Source: a bacterium (GTDB lineage Bacteria > JAMCPX01). Taken from it: a DNA stretch of 41,212 bases. The DNA is taken from NCBI GenBank assembly GCA_037439545.1, contig JBBIVV010000006.1:28475-69686 (forward strand), read 5' to 3'. The position numbers and the translations under genes are program-made. The notes below the pieces were generated by a model. The model ran no database searches. It was not told the DNA's origin and saw only the letters and a program-made list of their open reading frames with translations. Position 1 is the first letter of the stretch. Every line of letters begins with the position of its first letter. Of the stretch, positions 29,904 to 39,313 are shown piece by piece.

Positions 29904-30794
29904 TCACTCTTCAAGAAGATGGATCATCATGCCGTGAAGCAAACCCTTTTGTGACAGATAACACCGGTTTATATTTACCGACTCCATGATCCTTATGAGT
30001 ATCATCAACCCCGGAAGAAGTATATCGGCCTTGTCCTCTTCAAGACCGGTCAGAGATTTTATCTGCTCGACAGTCATTGCAGATAGTTTTTTGTAGAATG
30101 CCTTGAGGCTTTCTCTCGTAAGTCCATCGACGGGCTTAAGAGTATTGTAGATAGTCCCTATATTGCCCGGCACACCTATCTGTATGTCGGGCTTCAATCT
30201 GCTTATTTCAGTAAAGGTATCTTGAAAATCATGATCAATAGCCGAGATTATATCGTTTAGTTCCCCGGAAGCGGGCGGATCACTCTGTATAAAATTCTCT
30301 CTTAACCGCACTGCACCGCTCTCCACTGAGACTGCAAATTGTATGTTTTTGCGATCGCCTACGGAAAGCTCAGTACTGCCGCCGCCTATATCGACCACAA
30401 ATGAAACCTTATCATCGATATCAATGCCGTGAACAGCACCGACATGAATGAACCTTGCTTCCTCTGTCCCTGATATAACTTCTATGTTAAACCCCGTTTT
30501 TTGCCGGACAAGGTCTACAAATTGAGAAGCATTTTTTGCCGTCCTGAGAACACTGGTGGATATCATACGGAATGTATCCACATGGAATGCATCCAGAATC
30601 GATTTTATATCTTCAATCCCATCCAATGTCCTTTTAATCGCCGGCTGTTTGAGCATACCGTCGGAAAACATGCCCTGACTCAACCTGTTCGGATATCTTA
30701 TATATTTAAGAAGCGTATACTGGCTCGGGCTGCCCTGCCCTATTGCAAGCCTCATCGCATTCGTTCCAAGATCAACTACGGCAACATGTTTCAT
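29904..30794 (-). CDS. ppx: Ppx/GppA-family phosphatase (short form)
   Basis: VVDLGTNAMRL, TSVLR.AKN, ISGTEEARF, VDIGGGSTE. Confidence 0.88.
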   Translation of the reverse strand: MKHVAVVDLGTNAMRLAIGQGSPSQYTLLKYIRYPNRLSQGMFSDGMLKQPAIKRTLDGIEDIKSILDAFHVDTFRMISTSVLRTAKNASQFVDLVRQKTGFNIEVISGTEEARFIHVGAVHGIDIDDKVSFVVDIGGGSTELSVGDRKNIQFAVSVESGAVRLRENFIQSDPPASGELNDIISAIDHDFQDTFTEISRLKPDIQIGVPGNIGTIYNTLKPVDGLTRESLKAFYKKLSAMTVEQIKSLTGLEEDKADILLPGLMILIRIMESVNINRCYLSQKGLLHGMMIHLLEE

Positions 30795-30853
30795 ACTTTC
30801 CTATGTTTAACTAGAAAAATGCTATAGGGAAAATTGTTCGTCCGCACGGTAAA

Positions 30854-31528
30854 TTATTCGTCCCTCCTGTATTTACCGTCGGAATCGACCCACTTCTTCA
30901 CAGCATTAAGCGCCTTTGGAAGATCCTTGCGGGTCAGGTAATCTTCAATAAATGCCGGAATTATCGCTCCTACATCGACTTTACTCCCGTATCGTGCGAG
31001 TGTATGCGTATTATCGATCTTATAAAGATGATAATATCCATACAATTCTTTGAGGTCATTTTTATAATTAGGATCGAGGTTCCATGTCAATCTGTACGTG
31101 TCATTCTGGAATTTGTGGTCCACACGGTACCTGACATTAAAAAAAGCTATTTTCAGCAAGAACTGCGTTATGTTGCCGTCTTTATTACCGCTCACTATCT
31201 CGGCTTCCTTGAGATGCGGCAGATACTCTTTCTGACGCTCCGTATGCTTCAGGAGGTCCCATACTTTATCTATCGGCTGATCAAATACGATGGAAGCCTG
31301 TATAAGCGATTTTTTATCCTTTCCTTCACCGGAGTCCTGTTTCAAGACAATGACTTTTCCTGCATCGAGAGCAGTTATATCCGTAACGCTTAAACCCTCG
31401 AGTGCCTTTGCGGGTAAAGGCGGTGAGGTTAATTTTATCTGCTCATCCGCAGACGCTGAACCAAGGGAAACAATAAGCATGAACATCAGAAGCACGAGCA
31501 CACGTACGCCATTCCTTACATCTCTCAT
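30854..31528 (-). CDS. Exported SRPBCC/START-domain (polyketide-cyclase-like) protein
   Basis: Signal peptide (..GSASA-D), FDQPIDKVWDLL...E...EYLP, LYGYY.L, IPAFI......DLP..L. AGGAGG RBS. Confidence 0.72.
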   Translation of the reverse strand: MRDVRNGVRVLVLLMFMLIVSLGSASADEQIKLTSPPLPAKALEGLSVTDITALDAGKVIVLKQDSGEGKDKKSLIQASIVFDQPIDKVWDLLKHTERQKEYLPHLKEAEIVSGNKDGNITQFLLKIAFFNVRYRVDHKFQNDTYRLTWNLDPNYKNDLKELYGYYHLYKIDNTHTLARYGSKVDVGAIIPAFIEDYLTRKDLPKALNAVKKWVDSDGKYRRDE

Positions 31529-31653
31529 ACATCCTCCTGTAGATTTTATTAAAATACCTCTTACACTATTTTCTTGGGCATGTCATGTAAAATAATCTCT
31601 TGCTTGACTATTCATACCTTACTCCGTAGAAAGTATAAACAATGGGGGTATAT

Positions 31654-32748
31654 ATGGTTAAAAGAATTATGCTCGTATTTTTATTCGTAAGCTTACTGCA
31701 ATCATGCACGCACAGATCAAATGTTATAAGAATAGGAGTTGCAGGACCAATGACCGGAGACCAGTCTGTTTTTGGAAGGGACGAGAGGAGAGGTGTAAAT
31801 CTTGCTGTGCAGGAATGGAACCAAAACGGCGGCGTTCTCGGGAATAAAATCGAGGTAATTATAGAAGACGACCAGCATGATCCAAGGCAGTCTGTCGCTA
31901 TTGCGAACAGACTTGCTTCAGACGGCGTAGCCGGCGTCATAGGACATTTTAACAGCAATTGTTCAATACCCGCGTCTGCTGTCTATAACCGGGCAGGTAT
32001 ACCGATGATCTCGCACGGCTCTACAAACCCGCAGCTCACTGAAAGGGGTTTTAATAATGTGTTCCGGGTATGCGGCAGGGATGACCAGCAGGGAAAAGTT
32101 GCCGCTGATTTTGCGTGCAGCACCTTAAAGGCGTCAAGAATAGCCATTATTCAGGACAAGACCACCTATGGCCAGGGACTCGCAGACGAGTTCAGGAGAC
32201 AGTTGGGCGAAAACTGCAAGGTCGTTTATTACGGTACGATTATTCAGGGAGATAAAGACTTCCGGGCAGTGCTTACCAATGTCAAGGCGAAAAAGCCCGA
32301 TCTTATATACTATGGCGGCGTTTATCCTGAAGGAGGCCTGCTTGTAAAACAGGCACGGCAGCTCGGTATAAAGGCGGTATTCATGAGCGGAGACGGGATA
32401 CTCGGTCCTGAATTTATTACTATAGCCGGCAGCGCGGCAAATGGTATATACGCGACATTCGGTCCTGATATAAACAACGTTAAAACTGCAAAAGACTTTA
32501 TAGAAATCTATGAGAAGCGTTACGGAGAGCCCGGTCCATACTCTATCTATTCCTATGTTGCTGCAAACATCCTGCTGGATGCGATAAAGGATTCAGGAAC
32601 AACAAACTCAGGACAAGTCATTCATTATCTGCATACCCATATATTCACTACAGCAATTGGCACAATTCAATTCGACAGCAAGGGCGATGTCATCCACAGC
32701 CCCTACGTGGTCTGGCAGGTAAAAAACGGGCAATTTGTCCAGTTGTAA
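31654..32748 (+). CDS. livK: Branched-chain amino acid ABC transporter substrate-binding lipoprotein
   Basis: Lipobox LQS-C; IGVAGPMTG, EDDQHDP, VIGHFNS, FRVCGRDDQQG, DKTTYGQGLA. Start is 31654 (alternative 31642). Confidence 0.92.
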   Translation: MVKRIMLVFLFVSLLQSCTHRSNVIRIGVAGPMTGDQSVFGRDERRGVNLAVQEWNQNGGVLGNKIEVIIEDDQHDPRQSVAIANRLASDGVAGVIGHFNSNCSIPASAVYNRAGIPMISHGSTNPQLTERGFNNVFRVCGRDDQQGKVAADFACSTLKASRIAIIQDKTTYGQGLADEFRRQLGENCKVVYYGTIIQGDKDFRAVLTNVKAKKPDLIYYGGVYPEGGLLVKQARQLGIKAVFMSGDGILGPEFITIAGSAANGIYATFGPDINNVKTAKDFIEIYEKRYGEPGPYSIYSYVAANILLDAIKDSGTTNSGQVIHYLHTHIFTTAIGTIQFDSKGDVIHSPYVVWQVKNGQFVQL

Positions 32749-32820
32749 TTTACCCGGCTTAGACGGAAAACGGCGCCGGGCTGTTGTCTGATCGGCACAA
32801 GGTATGTTATACCGCTGACT

Positions 32821-33726
32821 ATGAGAATTTTTATCCAGCAGGTCGTTAACGGACTGACAACTGGCAGCGTCTATGCCCTGATAGCACTTGGATATACCAT
32901 GGTATACGGTATTATCGAGCTTATCAATTTTGCCCATGGTGATATATACATGGTCGGAGCTTACGGCGGCTTGATCGCCCTTACCCTGCTTGGCACAGTA
33001 CGTTCAGCACTACATCTATCCGGCATCGGTATGCTGATCACCGGGATAACCGCGGGTATGCTTCTTTCGGCAGCTTATGGATTTACCGTAGAAAAATTTG
33101 CTTACAAACCCCTGCGTCAATCAGCGAGGCTGTCGCTGCTGATAACAGCTCTCGGTGTTTCCATCTTCCTCCAGAATTATGTCATGATAGGACAAGGTGC
33201 TTCCGATAAGACCTACGTCTCCCTCAGAGTGCTGAATTCAAACTTTATTGTAGACGGCGTAGCAATGACCGCAAACCAGATCATTATCTTTACGGTTGCA
33301 ATGGCGATCATGCTTGCACTCGACCTGTTCGTAAATAAAACCATGACGGGACGTGCGATGAAAGCAGCTTCGCAGGATTCCGTTGCTGCACAGCTTGTCG
33401 GAATAAATATAAATACCGTCATATCATTGACGTTCATCATTGGTTCGGGACTTGCCGGCATAGCAGGCGTGCTGGTCGGCTTTTACTACGGTATCGTTAA
33501 TTTTTCCATCGGGTATCTGGTGGGCATAAAAGCTTTTACTGCTGCAGTATTGGGGGGCATCGGTGACATAAGAGGTGCAATGGTAGGAGGACTTGTGCTT
33601 GGTCTTCTTGAAAGTCTTGGCGCTGCTTATATCTCATCAGATTACAAGGATGCCTTTGCGTTCATTATCCTTATTCTCTTGCTGCTCATAAAACCTTCTG
33701 GCTTATTCGGAAGCAGGCACTCATGA
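32821..33726 (+). CDS. livH: Branched-chain amino acid ABC transporter permease
   Basis: QQVVNGL..GSVYALIALGYTMVYGIIELINFAHGD, KAFTAAVLGGIG, KPSGLFG. Confidence 0.95.
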   Translation: MRIFIQQVVNGLTTGSVYALIALGYTMVYGIIELINFAHGDIYMVGAYGGLIALTLLGTVRSALHLSGIGMLITGITAGMLLSAAYGFTVEKFAYKPLRQSARLSLLITALGVSIFLQNYVMIGQGASDKTYVSLRVLNSNFIVDGVAMTANQIIIFTVAMAIMLALDLFVNKTMTGRAMKAASQDSVAAQLVGININTVISLTFIIGSGLAGIAGVLVGFYYGIVNFSIGYLVGIKAFTAAVLGGIGDIRGAMVGGLVLGLLESLGAAYISSDYKDAFAFIILILLLLIKPSGLFGSRHS

Positions 33727-34865
33727 GTATTAAATCAATCTTCCTCTCCATACTCAAATCGTACCTCATTCCCCCCCTATGGATGTTTGCCATAGCAATG
33801 CCGATAATGGGTATTACAAAGTCTTTTGTAACTGCGGGACTGCTCTTAATAGGTTTACTATTTTACAGGCTTTTGAAAAGAACTGGGTTTACCGGCACAA
33901 GCAATCATCATTATTATAAAGATACTCTTTCAAAATATAGAAATAAATATTTCTTGAAATACGGCTGGATATTTGCCCTGCTCGTGTCAATCATCCTGCC
34001 GTTTTTTCTCAATAACTATGAAATCGATGTTATTACCTCTGCCATGCTCTATGCAATGCTTGCGCTCGGTTTGAATCTGCTCGTCGGCAATCTGGGCCTG
34101 CTCAATCTCGGTTATATTGCATTCTATGGTATCGGTGCATACACCTACGCAGTCCTCTATGCCAAATTCGGATTCAGCTTTTGGGACGCCGTAGTAATCG
34201 GCGGAATGATGGCTTCCCTCATAAGCATGGTCATTGCACTGCCGACTTTGAGACTTAAGGGTGATTATCTCGCGATTGTCACACTCGGTTTTGGAGAAAT
34301 AGTAAGGATTGTGTTCAATAACTGGGACAGCCTCACCAATGGCCCGAACGGAATCATGGGCATACCGAGACCTTATCTCTTCGGCATACAGCTCTCCACT
34401 GGCATAAGGTTCTTTTATCTTACACTCGGTTTTGCCGTTATCCAAACCTACATCATTTACAGGCTCGGTAAATCGAGGTCAGGCAGGTACGCCCTCGCAA
34501 TAAGGGAGAATGAGCAGGCATCGGCGATGGTAGGTATAAATACTTACAAAGTAAAGACCCTTTATTTCATACTGAGTGCATTCTTCGGAGGCATTGCAGG
34601 AGTGCTGTTCGCATCAAAACAGATGTTCGTATCACCCGACAGTTTTACATTTATCGAATCGGTCTATGTTCTTGCGATGGTCATACTCGGAGGTATGGGC
34701 AGTATTGCCGGCGTTATTGCCGGTGCGTTCACACTCGTGGTCCTGCCGGAATTACTGAGAGGATTTATTATATACAGAATGCTCATTTTTGCACTCCTGC
34801 TTATCACCATGATGCTGTTCAAACCCGAAGGGCTGCTCGGTAAAAAAGCTTATCATGACAAATAA
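33723..34865 (+). CDS. livM: Branched-chain amino acid ABC transporter permease
   Basis: ALGLNLLVG..GLLNLGYIAFYGIGAY, LRLKGDYLAIVTLGFGEI, MVILGGMGS, PEGL. Confidence 0.95.
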   Translation: MSIKSIFLSILKSYLIPPLWMFAIAMPIMGITKSFVTAGLLLIGLLFYRLLKRTGFTGTSNHHYYKDTLSKYRNKYFLKYGWIFALLVSIILPFFLNNYEIDVITSAMLYAMLALGLNLLVGNLGLLNLGYIAFYGIGAYTYAVLYAKFGFSFWDAVVIGGMMASLISMVIALPTLRLKGDYLAIVTLGFGEIVRIVFNNWDSLTNGPNGIMGIPRPYLFGIQLSTGIRFFYLTLGFAVIQTYIIYRLGKSRSGRYALAIRENEQASAMVGINTYKVKTLYFILSAFFGGIAGVLFASKQMFVSPDSFTFIESVYVLAMVILGGMGSIAGVIAGAFTLVVLPELLRGFIIYRMLIFALLLITMMLFKPEGLLGKKAYHDK

Positions 34866-35628
34866 TACCATTCTATCCATAAACAACGTAAGCCTTATGT
34901 TTGGGGGGCTAAAGGCACTTGACGGCATCACTATCGATATAAAGAAAGGCGAAGTGCTTTGTATAATAGGGCCGAACGGTGCGGGCAAGACAACATTATT
35001 CAACTGTATAACAGGTTTTTTAAAGCCCTCATCAGGCAGTATCATGTATAACGGCGAGATTGAACTCATAGGAAAAAAACCATACCAGATTGCTCATTGC
35101 GGCATATACAGGAGCTTCCAAAACCTTGCTTTATTCAATGATTTGAGCGTACTCGAGAATGTCCTCATCGGCGGTTTAAAAAGAAAAGACCTCTCATACG
35201 GTATTGCAGATACACTATTTATAACATCCAAATTCAAGACAACAGAAAAGAGGTTAAAGCAGGAGGCTGCAGCACTGCTTGAATTTACTGGCATTGAAGA
35301 AAAAAGGTATAAGAAGGCCGGAGAACTTTCTTACGGCGAGAGGAAACTGCTTGAACTCGCAAGGGGACTCATTACAAAACCTCAACTGCTTTTACTCGAT
35401 GAGCCTGCTGCAGGATTAAATCCTACAGAAAAAACGGAACTCGTAACTGCCATAAAACGGATCCGTGAGCAGAACATCAATGTGGTGTTGATTGAGCACG
35501 ACATGCGTTTTGTGTCCGACATAGCAAACTGGATTTCCGTTCTTGATTATGGGAAAAAACTTGCGGAAGGACTGCCGGAAGACATAAAAAAGAATAAAGC
35601 TGTCATAGAGGCATACCTCGGGACTTAA
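34855..35628 (+). CDS. livG: Branched-chain amino acid ABC transporter ATP-binding protein
   Basis: FGGLKAL, GPNGAGKTT.FN, RSFQN, LSYGE...LE, LLDEPAAGLN, IEHDM, EAYLG. Confidence 0.95.
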   Translation: MTNNTILSINNVSLMFGGLKALDGITIDIKKGEVLCIIGPNGAGKTTLFNCITGFLKPSSGSIMYNGEIELIGKKPYQIAHCGIYRSFQNLALFNDLSVLENVLIGGLKRKDLSYGIADTLFITSKFKTTEKRLKQEAAALLEFTGIEEKRYKKAGELSYGERKLLELARGLITKPQLLLLDEPAAGLNPTEKTELVTAIKRIREQNINVVLIEHDMRFVSDIANWISVLDYGKKLAEGLPEDIKKNKAVIEAYLGT

Positions 35629-35680
35629 TTTGTCTCCTCATCAAAATATCGATTCCATATCTGCAGGGGCTATTCATGAA

Positions 35681-36370
35681 TTACTCCTGCTTTTTTCTCG
35701 ATGCCTTTTCTTCGATGCCTGAAACACCGAATCTTCTTTGGAGTTCCCGGTATACCTCCCGGGGGCTTATGTCCTTATATCCAAGGAGAACGAGGAGATG
35801 AAAGATCAGGTCGGCCGATTCATAAACGATTTCTGTGTTCTGTTTCATCGTGGCAGCTTCGGCAACCTCTCCGGCCTCTTCGATGATCTTTGCATTTATT
35901 TCGTCAACACCTTTGACCATGAGGGAGTGGACGTACGATTTCGGCGGCGGATTGTTCTTTCTCTGGAGAATCGTACTAAACACGGCATCGAGTATAACAG
36001 CGCCATCCGGTATCGTGTCCTTCTTCTCGAAGATCCTGTTGTTCTTAAATTCCGTAAAAAAGCATGTTCTGTGGCCTGTGTGGCATGCAACGCCAATCTG
36101 CTCGACCTTCAGAAGGAGGGTATCGCTGTCGCAGTCATAAAAGAGCTGTTTTACATACTGGACGTGCCCGGACTCCTCTCCCTTGAGCCAGAGCTTCTGC
36201 CTCGAGCGGGAAAAATAATGGGCCTTCCCGGTCGACAATGTTTTTCTTAACGCTTCTTCACTCGCATACGCGAGCATGAGGACCTCGTTCGTCAGATGGT
36301 CCTGCGCAATGACCGGCACAAGCCCCTTCTCGTCGAATTTTATGGTCTTTATGAAGTCGTCGATATTCAT
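35681..36370 (-). CDS. hisIE: Bifunctional phosphoribosyl-AMP cyclohydrolase / phosphoribosyl-ATP pyrophosphatase
   Basis: [48 protein letters not shown]. Confidence 0.96.
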   Translation of the reverse strand: MNIDDFIKTIKFDEKGLVPVIAQDHLTNEVLMLAYASEEALRKTLSTGKAHYFSRSRQKLWLKGEESGHVQYVKQLFYDCDSDTLLLKVEQIGVACHTGHRTCFFTEFKNNRIFEKKDTIPDGAVILDAVFSTILQRKNNPPPKSYVHSLMVKGVDEINAKIIEEAGEVAEAATMKQNTEIVYESADLIFHLLVLLGYKDISPREVYRELQRRFGVSGIEEKASRKKQE

Positions 36371-37128
36371 ACCGTCCTCACCGCTACCCCTTTTTTGCTG
36401 AGATATATCTTGAGTTCTTTTATCGAGAGCTCCCTGAAATGAAACAGGCTTGCAGCAAGGCAGGCATCCGCACCACCGCGCATAAAACCTTCATAAAAAT
36501 GATCCATACTGCCTGCACCGCCTGACGCGATAACGGGTATGCCCACCCTTCTGGCTATTTCCGATGTAAGCTCTATGTCGTATCCTGATTTTGTTCCATC
36601 CCTGTCTATACTTGTAAGCAGAATCTCGCCTGCTCCGGCTTTTTCCATTCCGACGGCCCATGTAACAGCATCTATGCCGGTAGGCTTTCTTCCGCCATAT
36701 ATGTAAACCTCCCAGCCCGATCCCGGGACCTTTTTCGCATCGATTGCAACAACGACACACTGAGCACCGAACCGGTACGAGGCATCCTTGACAAAGTCCG
36801 GCTTCAGCACTGCCTGGGTGTTTATCGAGACCTTGTCTGCACCTGCACGCAGCAATGTTTTTATGTCTTCAAGTGAATTTATGCCTCCGCCAACGGTGAG
36901 AGGCATGAACACCGAGCTCGCTGTCCTCTCGACAGCACCGATAAGCGTCGACCTATGTTCGTTCGATGCCGTTATATCGAGGAACACGATCTCATCAGCT
37001 CCTTCATTATCATATATAAGAGCATTGTCCGCAGGATCACCCGCATCCCGCAATGAAACAAAATTTACGCCTTTAACGACCCTCCCGTCCTTTATATCGA
37101 GGCATGGTATTATTCTTTTCGTTAACAC
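36367..37128 (-). CDS. hisF: Imidazole glycerol phosphate synthase cyclase subunit
   Basis: [52 protein letters not shown] start. Confidence 0.97.
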   Translation of the reverse strand: MLTKRIIPCLDIKDGRVVKGVNFVSLRDAGDPADNALIYDNEGADEIVFLDITASNEHRSTLIGAVERTASSVFMPLTVGGGINSLEDIKTLLRAGADKVSINTQAVLKPDFVKDASYRFGAQCVVVAIDAKKVPGSGWEVYIYGGRKPTGIDAVTWAVGMEKAGAGEILLTSIDRDGTKSGYDIELTSEIARRVGIPVIASGGAGSMDHFYEGFMRGGADACLAASLFHFRELSIKELKIYLSKKGVAVRTV

Positions 37129-37850
37129 TATTCAACAGCCTTTAGTGCATCTTTTAATTTTATAGCACCGGTGTAAAGCGCCCTGCCTATGATAATCCCC
37201 GCTATGTTTTTATCTTTTATCTTCTTCAAATTTTTGAGGTCGTCGGTACTCGATATGCCGCCCGAGATGATCACGGGCTCTGAAATACCCTCGAGTACCT
37301 TTTCAATCCTCTCCGGCTCTATACCGCTGAGCGTCCCGTCTTTATAAATATCGGTAAAAATAAATGCATAAATTGGCGCGCCGCTGAACCTTTTGATAAA
37401 TTCATAGGGTGAAATACTGCCTGTCTGTGTCCAGCCCTTGATTGCAACGCTGCCCGACAGGACATCGACGCCGATGGATATTCTGCCACGATACTGCTGA
37501 GCAATGCTTATTACTTCATCGGGTTGCTCATATGCGAATGTCGTTATAACGACTGATTTTGCTCCATGATTGATATAGTACTCGGCCGTATCGATGTCCC
37601 TTACCCCGCCGCCGACCTGAACAGGCACACGCACATGCTTCAATATGTCCGTAATATGATCTTTATTCACCGGTTTTCCTGTAACAGCGGCATCGAGGTC
37701 GACGACGTGCAGCATACCCGCACCTTCCCGCTCCCATTTCAACGCCATTTCCACCGGATTGTCACCGTACACATCTACACGGTTGAAAGATCCCTGCCAG
37801 AGTCTGACGCACTTTCCTGATTTTATATCGATAGCCGGTATTATTTTCAT
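37128..37850 (-). CDS. hisA: ProFAR isomerase
   Basis: [46 protein letters not shown]. Confidence 0.96.
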   Translation of the reverse strand: MKIIPAIDIKSGKCVRLWQGSFNRVDVYGDNPVEMALKWEREGAGMLHVVDLDAAVTGKPVNKDHITDILKHVRVPVQVGGGVRDIDTAEYYINHGAKSVVITTFAYEQPDEVISIAQQYRGRISIGVDVLSGSVAIKGWTQTGSISPYEFIKRFSGAPIYAFIFTDIYKDGTLSGIEPERIEKVLEGISEPVIISGGISSTDDLKNLKKIKDKNIAGIIIGRALYTGAIKLKDALKAVE

Positions 37851-37851
37851 T

Positions 37852-38472
37852 TCAACCTCTATACTTTACAAAATTCGATAATAACTTCAAGCCGTTTGCC
37901 TGGCTCTTTTCAGGGTGGAACTGGGTTGCAACGACATTGTCTTTCTGGATAACACTGGTAAAATCGATTCCGTGGTCGGTAATACCGATGCTCACATCCT
38001 CAACCGGAGACGGATAATATGAATGTACGAAATAAAAGTAGCTCTTATCCGGAATGCCTTCAAATAAAAAACTTTTTTTTATCTGTCTCACAATGTTCCA
38101 GCCCATATGAGGTATTTTCAGTCCTTTCCCTGCGGACAAATTATGGTCAAATCCCTTTACGCTGCCTTTCATCAAACCGAGACCCTTTACGCCCGGGTTT
38201 TCATCCCCGTCCTCAAAAAGCATCTGCATACCCAGACATATACCGATCACCGGCATGCCTTTCGCAATAGACTGCTTCACAGCATCTTCAATACCATAAG
38301 CCCTGATATTTTTCATACAGTCACCGAAAGCCCCGACACCCGGTATCACAAGCTTATCAGCTTTTGAGATCGCATCGGGATCGTTTGAGATCACGGACGA
38401 TGCACCTATCGATGCAATTGCCTTTTCAACGCTGCGTAAGTTTCCCATGCCATAATCAACAATCACAATCAT
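37852..38472 (-). CDS. hisH: Imidazole glycerol phosphate synthase glutaminase subunit
   Basis: VDYGMGNLRSV, PGVGAF, GICLGMQ, PHMGWN, YFVHSY, QFHPEKS. Confidence 0.97.
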   Translation of the reverse strand: MIVIVDYGMGNLRSVEKAIASIGASSVISNDPDAISKADKLVIPGVGAFGDCMKNIRAYGIEDAVKQSIAKGMPVIGICLGMQMLFEDGDENPGVKGLGLMKGSVKGFDHNLSAGKGLKIPHMGWNIVRQIKKSFLFEGIPDKSYFYFVHSYYPSPVEDVSIGITDHGIDFTSVIQKDNVVATQFHPEKSQANGLKLLSNFVKYRG

Positions 38473-38520
38473 TTATTGTCCTCTTTGTTCTCTCATCCCA
38501 CTCTTAAACTTCTGTGTTAT

Positions 38521-38539
38521 CCCTCTTACCTTAAGAGGG
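38521..38539. repeat. REP-like palindrome in the hisB-hisH spacer
   Basis: CCCTCTTA-CCT-TAAGAGGG, an 8-bp stem without a U-tract. Confidence 0.45.
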
Positions 38540-38567
38540 GAATTATGAGGTGGATTTTTCATGAGAT

Positions 38568-39146
38568 TCATATCACTCCCTTTGTGCTCGGTATGTCTTT
38601 CTCCGTTATTTTAACAGCCTGTCTCATTGCTCTGCCAAGTCCTTTGAAACATGATTCTACACTATGATGTCCGTTCTCTCCATACATCATATTCACATGC
38701 AGGGTAATCCTCGCACGGAATGCAAACGCCTGAAAGAACACTTCGAACAATTCTGAATCCATCTCTCCGATCTTTTCAGGAAGCAGTACGGGCTTATAAA
38801 CAAGAAAAGGCCTGCCGCTTATGTCGACGATAACCTGTGATAATGCCTCATCCATAGGGGTTGCAGCGTGACCGAACCTATGAATGCCGCTTCTGTCCGA
38901 TAAGGCGATTGAAACAGCCTCACCGATACTTATGCCTATGTCCTCGACGGTATGATGGAAATCGACATACACATCGCCGGTTGCCTTAAGTTTCAGATCA
39001 AATTTCGAGAAGAAAGAAAACAACTCGAGCATGTGGTTCAGGAATCCTATGGGTGTATTGATCTCTGCTTTACCGGTACCGTCAAGTGCAAGCTCAACGG
39101 ATATCTCCGTTTCTTTTGTTTTTCTTTCAAATTTTCCTTTTCTCAT
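38568..39146 (-). CDS. hisB: Imidazoleglycerol-phosphate dehydratase (monofunctional)
   Basis: RKTKETEI, FLNHML, DFHHTVED, PMDEAL, NGHHSVES.FK, PSTKG. Confidence 0.97.
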   Translation of the reverse strand: MRKGKFERKTKETEISVELALDGTGKAEINTPIGFLNHMLELFSFFSKFDLKLKATGDVYVDFHHTVEDIGISIGEAVSIALSDRSGIHRFGHAATPMDEALSQVIVDISGRPFLVYKPVLLPEKIGEMDSELFEVFFQAFAFRARITLHVNMMYGENGHHSVESCFKGLGRAMRQAVKITEKDIPSTKGVI

Positions 39147-39198
39147 AATGACTCCTTTTTTCGGAAAGTGCTATGCATAACACGTCTTAAATTATGTT

Positions 39199-39266
39199 TG
39201 TCATTCCGCACTTGATGCGGAATCCGGGTTGCATTTTTCTGGATTCCCGCTTTCTCGGGAATGACA
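39199..39266. repeat. Double-hairpin palindromic element (dRS3/REP-like)
   Basis: TGTCATTCCGCACTTGATGCGGAATCC ... GGATTCCCGCTTTCTCGGGAATGACA. Outer inverted repeat TGTCATTCC/GGAATGACA; exact ATTCCC-N8-GGGAAT core at 39243-39262. Confidence 0.75.
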
Positions 39267-39313
39267 GAAGAGAGGTCATTTCCATTATTATAATGAACAC
39301 TCTATTTCTCATA

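Noticed and set aside
31619..31633. TTACTCCGTAGAAAG, resembling the element end
   Set aside because: Needs a gap, has no partner repeat about 100 bp away, and fits better as part of a TTGACT-17-TAGAAA livK promoter.
32749..32780. TTTACCCGGCTTAGA, resembling the element end, plus a CCCGGC/GCCGGG stem after livK
   Set aside because: No second end or matching interior; more likely an ordinary mRNA hairpin after a binding-protein gene.
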